A program made the position numbers and the translations under genes. The notes under the pieces were generated by a model. That model was not told the DNA's origin and did no database searches. It saw only the letters and a list, made by a program, of their open reading frames with translations. Positions 10,738-23,200 of a DNA stretch of 64,000 bases are shown here, in pieces. How positions within the stretch are numbered: the stretch's first letter is position 1; each line of letters opens with the position of its first letter. Source of the stretch: Vitrella brassicaformis CCMP3155 (Eukaryota; Protista; Chromerida); contig CDMY01000328.1 of assembly GCA_001179505.1 (NCBI GenBank), positions 1 through 64,000 on the forward strand, written 5' to 3'.

Positions 10738-13700
10738 ATGGGCTGCCTGGAGATCTTTCACTCATTCGACCACTGGCTCTCCAGGCAGTTCTACAAGCTC
10801 TCGTATGCGGCTGGACGTCACAAGGTGCTCTTCATTCTCATTCCTGTCGCCCTTGCTGTTGCTGGCCTGGTCGGCTTCATGATGCTGAGGAAATACGAGA
10901 AAGAGATGTTGGCCCTCTACTTTCCGCAAGAGTCGCGAGGAGCGCTCGAGAAGGAGGAAGTTGAGACCATCTGGGGTGATCAGGACTACAGCTATTCAAC
11001 CCTACTGCTTCTGGCCAAGGAGGGGAGCTTTGATGCCAATGTTCTCACCGCCGAGCGATTCGCCAAGGCGGCCACAATTCTCCAGAATGTCACCAGCATC
11101 TCTGTGGAGCACGAGGGCAAGACTTTGACCTTCTCCGACGTCTGTGACCGAGGCAGGTCGCCCGACGGTAGCTGCTTCCTTCTGTCCGTATTCAATTGGT
11201 GGAACAACAAGACCCTTCCAAGCACCGACGAACAGCTAATTGAACAGCTGAACGCGCCGACTCGCGTGGACCAGTGGGGGACGCCGCTGCGCGATGAAGT
11301 GCCGCTGCTGCTGGCGAAAGCACACTACGATGCCGAGGGCCGAGTGGAGAGCGCGGCTGCCTATCATTTTGTCTTCGCTAGCCGGCAAACAGACGAAGGG
11401 GCAGCATGGTAAGGCAAAGGAAGGCGATGGTTCCTGCAGCTGGAAAGGGAGCCTGGTGGGTGTATGTCTGATGTCTGCAGGGAGACCAATCTCGTGTCAC
11501 AAATTCTCGATGTGAACACCCAGGAGTGGGGCGAGAGGGAAGGCTTCCGCGTCTACGTCCGCACAGAGCACTCAATCGACACGGAAATCGAGAGGAGCGT
11601 TGGGGGGAATCTTAGCTTGATGGTGATCGTCTTTGTAGTCCTTATCGGTCAGTGTGCAGTCCGCACGTTGCCGCTTGACCTTGCAAACTCCCCAGTTCTG
11701 TGTGATGTGCACGTGGTCAGGGTATGCGGTGTCCGTCACATACCGCCACGGGAACCTCGTCCGATCGCAGATGGTGCTTGCGCTCACTGGTGTGGCAATT
11801 GTTGGCCTTTCCTTGTGTTTCGCGTATGGGATCTGTGCTCTCGCGGGGATCCCCTTCACGGCAGGTGCGTGCATGCCAATACAGGTCACTTAGATGCGCC
11901 GGCCATATGTTGGTCGTCTTCTCCCTTCTGTCAGTCGTCGGGCTCTCGCCTTTCCTCATCCTCGGCATCGGCGTGGACGACATTTTCATCGTCATGAACA
12001 GCTTCCACGAGCAAGATCCCGACCATGAGCCGAGGGAGCGAGTGTCCCTGGCCATGAAGGAGTGCGGCCCGTCGATCACCATGACGACACTCACGTCCTT
12101 CGTCGCCTTCGCCGCCGGCGCTGGCTCTTCCTTTCCTGTGGTCAAGGGCTTCTGCCTGTGAGTCGAAAACAGGGCAAGCAGCCATCCCGCCGCCCACCTC
12201 CGGATTACGTGTGGTGTCATGCAGGTACACTGCTATCGCCATCCTGAGCGTCTTCCTTTTTACCATCACAACCTTTCTTGCGTTCCTGCACCTGGACGCT
12301 ATACGACAGAGGAGAAACCGGTGAGGCGAACCAGACGAAGGGGAAACTGCTCGATGCGCTGCAATGTGGGTACTGTTGTGTGTATGCGTGCAGGCTCGAT
12401 TTGATCTGTTGCAAGAGTAGGAATGAGGAAGCTTACAGGGGGTCGCACAAGCGTCTGGCCTTTGGGCTGACCGCCATTTTCAAGAAGCACCTGGGGCCGT
12501 TGCTCTCAAAGCAAGTCGTCAAAGCAGCGATCATTCCTGCATTCCTTCTGCTGCTGTATGGAGGTCCGTTCAGTTGGTGTTGTGTACACGTAGTAGGCCG
12601 CGCATGCATCATTCCACGTCTGTGTGAGTCGTGCAGGCATTTCAGGGATCCTCAGGCTTGAGCAAGGCTTGCACATCCGCGACCTGGCGCCGTATGGCTC
12701 TTTCATTCGGGCCTACTACGCAGCGGAAGACAGACTTGAGCTTGAGGAGCCGGTCCAGTCTCTTGATTTGACTGTGAGCATTACCGGGCTCAATTTCACT
12801 TCGGCCGAGGACTTGACACTGCTGGAGCAGCTCACTAGGGATCTCGAGGACAGCGAATACGCCCACCCGGAGACACGATTAAGGGTGAGGATAAGCGGGA
12901 TACATCAGCAGTGAGGTATATGACTGTGATACGCACTCGCTCGGCTGCAGATCACTTCATTCGTCCGCGCCTACGACCAGTGGCGGCAAATGAACCAACT
13001 GAACAACGGGTCTGATGCTGAGTTCTATGACCATCTAAGCGGCTTTCTCAACCTAAAGGGCCGGGTGTATGGCGATCACGTCCTTCGCAGTGCCAGCGGG
13101 ACCATCCGCCATTGCCGGATATTTGTCACAACCAAAGGAGTGCCCTTCCGTGAGCAGGTCAGTGGGTGACGGACGCACCTTGATTGAGCTGTCCAGCTGC
13201 GGGACCAAGCACTCGTGATTGATTGTCCTTACACTTGTGTTCAGGCGCAGTTGATGCTTTCCTTTCGCAACGTGGTCGACAGCTCGGAGTTGAGCAGGCG
13301 GCCAGACGTCAGGCTTATCGTCAGCCACCCACGTTTCTTTGTGTAAGCCTGTTTGCCACCGTTCGTTGTGATCTACACACTCGCCCGTTCCGCTTGTTGG
13401 TCTCTGGTAGGTTCGAGCAGTCTCTCTATATCTTAGGCGAGACTCTGCTGTCGATGCTGTTGGCCGCGTTAAGCGTCCTTGTGGTGACGCTCTTCTTCCT
13501 GTGCAGTCCCCGAACCGTCATATTCGTGTTTCTGCAGATAGTCATTATCGATATCAACCTGGTACGCCCACACAAGTGTCGACAGGGGTATACAGCAACA
13601 ACGTGTCTGTCTGATTGTTTCTTTCTTGCACATGCAGATTGGCTACATGGCCCACTGGGGCGTGCCCCTCGACTCCAGGTCTATGATAATGCTTTTATTA

Positions 13701-14521
13701 TCCATTGGCTTCTCCGTCGATTACTCGGCCCACCTGGCGCACGCCTTCATGCTGGCCCCCGGCACACGGGACGAGCGGATGCAGCAGGCGCTGTCAACGA
13801 TGGGCACGTCGATTGCTAATGGTGAGTGAGAGCAGGCCAGAGGGTTGACGGATGGGCAACGGATGCGCTCGTGAGGGAAGCAGTAGCGCACCTGTCGATT
13901 CATGTGTGCAGGAGGGATGTCTACACTCTTGGCTACGCTTCCTCTTGCTGCGTCCCCCTCCTCAATATTCGAGGTTTTCTTCAAGATGATGTTCATGGTA
14001 AGTGACAGCAGCACACGGCCACACAGGCGGATGCGATGCACGACACTCACTGTTTTTAATTGCCTAATTTTCTCTCTCTTCCCCAGTCCGTTTTGTTCGG
14101 TATGCTCCATGGGCTCATCTTCCTTCCGGTGCTGCTCTCCATTATGGGTCCGCCCGCCATCTCCCGGGCAGACGAGAAGCTGCCGTCGCTCCCTGTCGCA
14201 AAGACGTCCTCCTCTCTCAGTCGAGACGCTCTCCGGCCGGAGCGGCACAAGCCAGCGTATCGCAATGGCCCCGATAAGATGCGACTACACCACCAGCAAC
14301 CGTCAGCGCATCGGGGTCAGAAGATGCAGAGGAGCGCCACTGTCGGCGGCCATGGGCAGCGCGGCCACGGTGGACATCGGGTTTCCGAAGACCCACCGAT
14401 TTTGCAACAGGCGGCAGAGGAGGAGTCTGAGGAGACGAATGGGTCGAGCATCGAGGTGACGGATGGGTCGCCCATCGAGGTGACGAATGGGTCGAGCATC
14501 TACGTGAGCATCGACAAGTAG
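10738..14521 (+). CDS. Patched-family / sterol-sensing-domain RND membrane protein (PTCHD/NPC1-related), multi-exon
   Basis: SSD motif PFLILGIGVDDIFIV, AMKECGPSITMTTLT, second-repeat SIGFSVDYSAHLAHAF, and FEVFFKMMFM|SVLFGMLHGLIFLPVLLS. Confidence 0.92.
14435..14506 (+). repeat. Coding 24-nt tandem repeat x3 (TNGSSIEV / TDGSPIEV / TNGSSIYV) in the Patched C-terminal tail
   Basis: acgaatgggtcgagcatcgaggtg-like unit repeated three times. Confidence 0.9.
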
Positions 14522-14839
14522 TCAGTCGATGGACTGGCAGCTGGCGACCAAGGCAGCTAGCACGGCTTATGCTGACAGGAGGGATGAAGGGAGGGTAGGG
14601 GCTGGTTGAGACAGTCAGTCAGTCGGGATGTACAGGGTAGTGGTGAGACTTGGGCGGGGACGGACGGATGGACACGTACGTTGATTAATGCTAGTTGAGG
14701 CGTTTTTATGGCGATTTAGTTGTGTCTGACTGACTGACTCACTGACTGACTGACTGACTGAGCGTGGACCACAAAGGCAGCCGCAGGGGTGTCTGCCACT
14801 AATTAGGTAGCCACGCAGTTTTTGCAGGAGTGATTCTAC

Positions 14840-15729
14840 CGTTATTTATCTGTATTGCGGGGTGATGATATGTCATTTGTGATCTGGCTGCCTGTCTCTC
14901 TGTATGTCTGCATGTAATCGTTTTTTGTAATTTTTCTTTTCTGCATGGATGGCTCACGATGAGTAAGTGCTCATGCATGGCATGAACCGAGTGAGCAAGC
15001 TGCTGTGAGATAGAGCGGTCCGCAACAGTCAGGTCGCAGTACAGGGTGAAGCAGCAAAGTGACTTTTCATGTTGGATTGATCGAATGCATTCGATCAATC
15101 CGTGACAAACCATACGAGATGTTGCATAGACACCATTCTGTGTAGAGTCGATTCCTGCCGGCGAGCTCGCGACACAGAATCCTCGCTTCCGAGTGGCAGC
15201 GAGACAAGCCGGTCTCCGACCGAGCCGCCGCTGGGTGAACGCATCCACACATCACATGTGCACACACACCACCCACACGCATGCAAGAACGATGGGGTCT
15301 CACTCATACACGCGGCGCTCGTGGTTGGGCTGAGTCGCGGACTGTATCATGGGCATTTCGACAACACACATACTCGAGGCCGGGTATGGATGCACTCTGC
15401 AAGCGCCTCACTCTGTCTCGGATCTGTCTCTCTTCTGGATTGCTCAAATCACTGCCGCGGCCTCCCGCGAAGACAGCCAGGCAAACGGCCGGGAGGCACA
15501 CAGACAACGACTCACTCATTCCCTTCCCCTCTGTGTGTCTCGGGTTGTTGGTATGTCTGTGCATGCCGGATCGCACGCGATCTGTCCATCCATGAATTGG
15601 TGGCCCGATGTGCTCGTATCCTTTGTTTGCCTCCATGGGTTTGCCTACGCGAGGGGCCGATTGTGAGAGCCCAGATGTTGGCGCCTGACGTCCTCCTTTT
15701 TGCGAGGCGGAAGGAGACAGATCAAGCAT
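14840..15729 (-). CDS. Possible multi-exon hypothetical gene
   Basis: ATG at 15729 and several plausible GT-AG exons (ERQIRDRVRRLQ; SLCCFTLYCDLTVADRSISQQLAHSV). No recognisable domain; frames not fully resolved. Confidence 0.3.
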
Positions 15730-15951
15730 GCTTGCGCAGGAAAAAAAGAGCTCTCGATTTGAATCACGTCAGAGTGAGTTTGCGTCCATTTTTTACATCG
15801 GATGACACGAAGGCAAAACAAGAGAGAGAGAAAAAAAAGACACAACGACAAACAAAAAGTGGACATAGACGGGTGTGTGCAGCCGAGGCTGCGACATGCA
15901 GATTGACTCGTGTGCCCCTCCATCGGTTGGCCACCCGTCCTGTTTTTCTTG

Positions 15952-15999
15952 TAGGGTTTGGGGTCTAGGGTTTGGGCTGCAAGATCTGCCGGCAGATCT
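15952..15999. promoter_or_regulatory. Two telobox-like TAGGGTTT motifs plus a perfect 18-bp palindrome AGATCTGCCGGCAGATCT, upstream of the DUF2254 gene
   Basis: TAGGGTTT at 15952-15959 and 15966-15973; palindrome at 15982-15999, about 107 bp before ATG 16106. Confidence 0.45.
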
Positions 16000-16105
16000 G
16001 AATCCTTCATCCGTTCCGTCCCGTCCAGTGCTTTTTTTGGAGCGGCGTGGAGGCTGTAACTGACCAGACCGGCCCTGTTCGACACTCAGTCAGATCCCAC
16101 ACCGC

Positions 16106-19100
16106 ATGGAGAGGTTGAGTGCTCTCTTCGGTGGGAGGTTCAATGCGACATCGGGTCCTGTGGTTGACTCTGAGGGCAGGGAAGTCCTTTTCGGCTTCAA
16201 CAACTGGATTAGGGTGAGCGAATCATCACACCATGTACAGAGGTATTGTTGTCGGTCCCCTTGGGCGCTGCAGGATGATGAGTTCTCCGGAGATCTTTTG
16301 GACGCCCTCTCCCGAGAGCCGCGAGACCCCTCAATCGACTATCTAATCTTGGCATACGTATTTGTGTTCGCCCTTCTCTTCGTTCTGACCTTCACCTCGC
16401 GGACCGGAGACAACCTGTTCTTGGAGCAGTATCGCCGCTTCTTCCTCTGGCCGATCTTCGCCATGATCGCCAACACCATGCTGGCTGTCGGACTCTGTGA
16501 GGACGCACATCCCACTCACCGTCAACAGGCAGGCGAAAGAAAGCGAATGTGTGCTTGTGCGTGGATCAGCTGTCCATGACCACATGCGGTGGTATGAGGC
16601 GAGAGTGGGGGAGCGAGTGGCGGAGCGGCTGACTCTGGAGCGGCAGCAAGACCCATCACAAGGCCGTCCACTGCTCTTGCCCGATACGCAAACATGGAAA
16701 CGAGGTGGGCACATATGGATGGACATCGGATGAAGCCGTCGGTACCTGCCGAAACATCAATCAACGTGTGCTATCCTATCAGGTTTGGGCTGGTTGATAA
16801 CAGACCCTGAGCGAGCGCGGGCGATGCTGACAACCCTGGTAGGCAATGCTGAAAGCCGTAGCTTATGAAGCAAACGCACTGGTGCCTGCGTGCAGAACAC
16901 GACATCGCTGACGGTGGTGGTACTGATGTTCTCGTTGACAATCCTGGCGCTGCAGCTCTTTGCGTCAAACTACTCGCCGAGACTGACGCACAGCTACATG
17001 CGCAGCTCTGATAACGTCCGCTGTCTCAGGTAGGCAGATATGTGCCCGTCCGTTGAGGGCACTGAAGCCAGTGGCTGTAATGGTGCCTGGTTTGCCTTTG
17101 TGTGCAGTATTTTCGTTGGTGAGTGGCTGGCAGACTGGCAGGGAGGGAGGGAGGGACAATAGATGGATGCACACGAAGGGAATGGATGAATGGACAGGTT
17201 TCTTCGCATACTGCTCCACGGTCCTGGCCTTCGTGGGCGGTTCGCACGAAGAGGAAGACCCATTCTGCCCCATGTGGGCTGTTGCTGCCCTGCCCCTATG
17301 TGAGTGAGAGTCTCACAGCTGCCACGTTCCACCATTGCCTTGTTCTTGGTCACTGTTGACGTGTGTACGTAAACCCTGCAGACACCATGGTTCTTCTCTG
17401 GGTCCTGATATATTTTATGGACAGGTAGAGCCCTCATAAGACGAGACACACGATAATGGCTACACAAGCATGGCGCATTTCTGTGGTGTCAGTTTCCTTC
17501 GTGGACTCCACCTAGAGTCGATACTCCACAGGATCGCCGAAGAACACAAAGACGAGCTGCGGAGAGCAAACCTGGGACGGTCGCTGGAGGAGCGCGGATG
17601 GTCTGCAAGGATGGCAGCCTGGCTCCGGAAAGTTTCGCGACGCTTCAGCATGTGGAAAGTCGATGTGCCAGCTCCAGATGACGAGACCCGCCAGATCGAC
17701 GACTTGTCAGTGCAGGGTCGTAGTGCAGTCAAATCGACTTGCTCTGGCTATATCCATTCGGCGCGATTGGAGTGGCTTGCTCACAAGCTACGCAGGGAGT
17801 CCCCCCCTCTGCAGCTATGCTTTCGGCGTCGCGTCATGATCGGCGCATTCATCACCGAGGGGACAGTATTGGTGAGCGAGGGAGCGAGCCGGGAAACCAG
17901 ACAGTGGTGCTCGATGTGTAAAAAATGGTGTTTGTTCTTTTGCCCTGCTAGGCTTGGGTGAGGGTTCATCCCGATCCAGAGGGACGCCGTGTGAGACGGG
18001 CAGGTCACTTCAGCAGCCTCTTCAAGCAGCACACCCGTGCGACGACTGGCGAGCAGCAGTCCCAGACGGTGGGTGAAGAGCAGCTGCAGCGGGTGACCAG
18101 AATCACAAACGCGGCGTTCCGTCTGGGTCTGGAGGACAAAGGCGGCGAGGGCATCTCATTCGGCCGTACGCCAGCAAGACAGAACGCAGAGATCTCACTC
18201 GATTCGTGTGTGCGTGTGTGTGTGTGTGTGTGAGGTGGTCAGTTCGTGAGATCACCGAGGTGTGCATGCGGAGCATGACGTCGTCCGTCAACGACCCGGT
18301 ACGGTACGACGGCATCGACGCATGCAGGCTGCCATTGCCGATGCGTCTGTATTTGCTTCTGTATGTGTGCAGCACGCGGCCGTGAGTGCGATAGACCGGT
18401 TGAGTGACCTCCTCAAGGACTGCGTGCGCAACAGGCTGCATCATCGATTCGTGCGCATCAAAGGGGTGCGTGTGCACGCCAAGCAAGCACCGAGGGAGGA
18501 GGGAAATCCGTGCGCAGCCCGCAGTTGTTCATCTCTCTCTTTCTCTGTGTCTGTGTATTTGTGCTTCAGAGGCTCTACGTGACGATGCGTGTGTGGTCAT
18601 TCAGCGAGCTTCTTGCCATGAGTAAGCAATCTGTGAGCACGGCGAGGTGGGCTTCTCGCCTTTCTTGCCTGCCTCAATCGAGGCAGGAGAGCAGCGTCCA
18701 TTCCCATGTTTGTTTCCTGTTTCCTCCTTCCTAGGCATGCACGGCCTGAGGCATTACTGTCAGAGGGACCTGTTCATCCTCGATCGTCTGATGGATGTGC
18801 TCGCCGACCTGGCCTTCATCTGCATTGAAGGCCGAGGCATCGCTGCGCCCCGTGAGGGGTTCGCGAGTCGCGAGGAGTTTGCTCGACGCCTGGTGGGCTG
18901 GCTGGCGATCGGTGGACGAATGTACTTGTACGTGTCTGTCTGTCTGTCTGTGTGTCTGTTTGTCCCCGCAGGTCATCGTCAAGGGGTACTTCGACCAATT
19001 GCTCGCAGACGCGCGGGGCAAGTATCCCGAAGGCAGCAGTGAGAGAGCTGTGATCGAGGCGGCGTACATGAGGGCGCAGCACGTCACTAGCGATTTAGAT

Positions 19101-19217
19101 TCCACCTCGTGTGCACCAGAGACGGAGCCGCACAACGTGACGGCGACTTTCGCCAGAGAGGAGACCATGAGCGACCTGAGAAGCGAGGTCAGCCACTCCC
19201 TGAGTTATGTGTGCTAG
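16106..19217 (+). CDS. DUF2254-family predicted membrane protein, more than 10 exons
   Basis: The spliced product contains WLITDPERARAMLTTL|NTTSLTVVVLMFSLTILALQLFASNYSPRLTHSYM, KSTCSGYIH, IGAFITEG and ITEVCMRSMTSSVNDP|HAAVSAIDRLSDLL. These match DUF2254 motifs as I recall them (ARxxL..SITxxALQxxSSQxSPR; SGY; NDPxTA..IDxL). Confidence 0.75.
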
Positions 19218-20209
19218 CTAGGTAGAAAGAAGGGGACTGACTGCCTGCGTCGATCGCTGCAGTCAGCGAAATTTTTCCTGTGTTGCCCGGGTTCGCTATC
19301 TATGCGTCTGTGTGTGGGTGGGTGTCTGTGTGTGTGTGTGTGTATGTGTCAATTCTGTGTCGTGTGTGCTGCTGTTTATCTAACTGGTGCCGTTTTTATG
19401 CGGTCGCGGTCTGTGTGTTTGGTGAGGCATTCTGTAGCCTCGATCAAGCAGGAATGCCTGGCCTGGCCTCGTTTGGAATGGTATTGTAATGTAACGATTT
19501 GTTATATTGAGGTGCCCTCCATGCAGACAGCCAGCCACGTAGGCATTCACCGGTGGGTGTCGTTGGTTGACGGACTTTGAACCACAGGACCACACGCCAC
19601 AGGTCACTCACCGATTGGTGCGTGTATCCACTTGTATGTGTCTGTCTTTCAATGAGTGACATCGTCGTCCATGGGCCAGAGTGTCTTCTTCTCCAATCCT
19701 ACGTCGATGCAATGCAGTCTCGCCTCATTTCAGACAGATCAAAGGAAAAAGCTCGTCAGAAGGGGGTACACGCAGTCACGACAATAGTGGCAAAAACTCC
19801 CCTTCCCTCCCCTGACCGGCCGGGCATTCATGCATTCCTTCACCGGTGGGTTGGTGGATGGATGGAAACAAGGCGTCCGCAGACCAAGACACACACACAC
19901 ACACACATCATGACGAATGAACGACCTACGTGAGCGGACAGGCAGCGGACAAGAATCCCCGCCATCCATCCATCCATCCATCGACCGTAAGGGGCGTATC
20001 TGAGTATCTGAGTAAACTGAGCCATATGTGTGTATGTATGTATGCCAAAAAGGGTGGGCAGCGACGCATGTCCGTCAACGCGTACACGGTGGCAAAATGG
20101 AGTCCAAAAAGGGAAGCCAGGAATGCATGGGGGAAGCAACAAAAGTCAGGGAGGGAGGGGCTAGTCAGTCAACAAACTTCCGTCTAGGATGTGTTGTGGG
20201 TATGGTGGG

Positions 20210-20242
<33 letters not shown>

Positions 20243-20248
20243 GTCTGT

Positions 20249-23200
20249 CTATCCCGTGTTCTGGATGCCGGAGGCGATGGCCTTGATGGCGACAATGAGG
20301 GCGTCGTTGATCTCCGCTGACTCATCCCCATTGCGGATGCGCTTGAGGGTCTCAATCTCGATCATGTGCATCGGCGTCAGCCTGTTGGTCGGTCGATACC
20401 ACACACACATGATGATGATGTGCAGGTACGTTTGTCAGCCATTGGTGGGGGCTTTGGAACGTACCATGGCTTTCTGACGGTGATGGCTCTTTGGGTGATC
20501 TTGTCGTTGTCGAGGAACTCCTGCTCGCCCGTGACCTTCCTGACATGCCTGCACACACACGCGGAGACCGACCAAAGCACATGTGTTGTACTCGTGTATG
20601 CCTTCCATCCATCCATCCATCCATCGATGTGTGCATGCACTTGGATGCCAGTGTGTGTGTTGTGGTGCACTCAGCTAGCTCACTCCATGCATTCGTCCAG
20701 CAGCGCCCTGAGCTCCTCGCCCAGCGGCTTCAGCTCCTCCGGCACCAACACCCTGTGCATTCACACGCACACGTACCGCCACGAACACAAGAACGCATCC
20801 TGGCTCAACTCTCTCTCTCTCTCGTTGCCGGTTAGCGTGCACACCTGTCGTATTGTGCGGCGATGCGGCTGTTGGCCTTGGCCATGACCATACCTGGACG
20901 CACACACGTTGCACCATCCCCACACACGTCTTGATTTATCCGTCTGTCTGTCAGTGTGTGCAGGTGACTGACTGATGAGGTCGAAGAACGATTTGACGAA
21001 TGGCCACTCCTTGTACATGGTCTTGAGCATCTCGCCCTTGCCGCTCTCAAACACATCGCGCAAAGCAGTACCCAGACCTACACCAGTTAGCCGCACAACA
21101 CATCCATCCATCCATCCATCCACCGATCATGCAGACGTTAGCCATGTATGCCTCACCGAGCCACACCGGCAGATGGAATCGCGTCTGGGTCCACGCGAAG
21201 ATCCACGGGATCGCCCTGGTCCATCCATCCATCGACACACAATCAACCAACCAAGCAATGAAGAATGAATGGGTCGGCAGCCAGCTCCTGGGCCTACTTA
21301 CAGACCTGACTGACAGGCTGCTGGCTGACCTGAGTGTTTCGACGCCTCCCTGTTTTCTCTTGGCGGGTCGTGAGCCGATGTTGAGTCGCCCCAGCTCCTG
21401 CTCGGGGGTGGCCGCGCGGAAGTACTCCACGAAACGCGGATGCCCGTACACCACGTCGCGATACTTGCTGCATATAGATAGCAACCACACACAGACATGG
21501 ACATGGGTACAGCGATGTTTGTCTGCGGCCGTGCGTCCTACCTCATGGATACGTCAGAGATGTGTTCCATGAGGTCTCGCCACTCGTCGCGAATCACACT
21601 GCGGGTCGACACCAAGTCGGCCTTCAACACTGTGCACACATCACGCATAGCATACATACACACCCATCACACATCAATGTCCTGTGCTGTGCCGCAATGA
21701 ATGAGCGTATGTCGATGTCGGATGTCGGCTACCGACCGGCTGTGAGGTATGCCTCGAGCGTCCGGTCCGTCATGGCCTTGAGGCCAAAGGCCTGCTGAAT
21801 CACCTCACCCTGCACATATCATCATCATTTATTACACACAGAAATGCACAACACCGTGAGCAGGTGTTTGTGTGTGGCCGGCATGTAGGTACCTGAACGG
21901 TGACTCGCAGGTACCCGTTGATGGTGTCGGATGGCTGTGACAGGATGGCGACGTGCTGCGGCCCCCCACCCCGCCCCACACTGCCGCCGCGACCATGGAA
22001 GAACCGCAGGGTGACGTTGTGCGCCTTGGCCACAGACGTCACCGCCTCCTGAGCCTGACCGAACGAACCAACGCACCAACCGTCGACCCATCCATCCATA
22101 CAAATCATGACTGACTGCATGACGGGCTGTGTCTGGATGGTCTTCGTACCTTGAAGAGTTCCCAAGAGGAGGTCACCCTTCCTCCGTCTTTGCCCGAGTC
22201 GGAGTATCCAATCATGACCTCCTGCACGTTGTTGTGTTTGTCGGACAGATGCTTGCGGTACCACGAGGTGGTGAAGAGGGTCTCCAAGATGTGAGGCGCA
22301 CTCCTCAGCGCCTCGATCGTCTCCAACAACGGCACCACTCGCTGCGTCATGCCTCCCATGCCAGCATACTCGCGCTGGAACACCTGAATGAATCATAAGA
22401 TAGAGGAAAGAAGTCGTCACACACAGCTAAGTAGATTGGTGTGCCCGTCTGACTGACCTCGACAAGGAGCACATCTGATGGGTAGTGGCACATGGAGATG
22501 ATGTACGCCCCCAGAGACTCCCGGCCGATGTCCGCACAGGTCCTGAACCCAACTCAGGCAGGCAGGCAGTCGAGGGCTGCCATTGCCAGGTGCGTCAGTC
22601 TTCTGACTTACTGGAAAGTGTCCAGGACCTCCTGCACCTTGTCGCTGCACTGCCACTCGCGAGGGATCAGCGGACGGCGGCTCTAAACGCAGCCATGACA
22701 GTCATGCACGACCGTGGTGCAGCCACCCACCCACCCGGCCAGCCCTCCCTCCCGACTCACCCACCTCGAGTATGTTGACGAGTGTTTGCATCTTCTCCTC
22801 CTCCGGGAGGCTCCTGTATGAGCCCATCCCGATGTACTGGCCGACCTCCTCCATGGCCTCGGTGTGGCGCTCCGACTCCTGACGCACATCCAGCTTGAGC
22901 AGAGACAAACCAAACGCCAGCGCCAGACTGAACAGCACACAGACATGGGGAGACGGACAACAGAATGAGGGAGGGAGGGAGGGAGGGAGGGAAGGAGATC
23001 GATTGCGTGGTATATCTCTCTCTCTCTCTCCCTCGCCGCGTGTGTTGTGTTGTGTTGTGCATACCGTATGAGGTCGGTGAGGCGCCCCCTGGCGATGAAC
23101 CAGTCGCCGCACTTCTCCAGAGACTCGTACACCTTCAGCAGCGGCTCCACAAACTCCTCCGTCGTCCTGAACCACACACACCCAATGACGACACTGCCGC

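Noticed and set aside
15952-15973. TAGGGTTT repeats as an interstitial telomere or chromosome end
   Set aside because: Only two separated copies are present. They are kept only as a possible telobox-type promoter motif.
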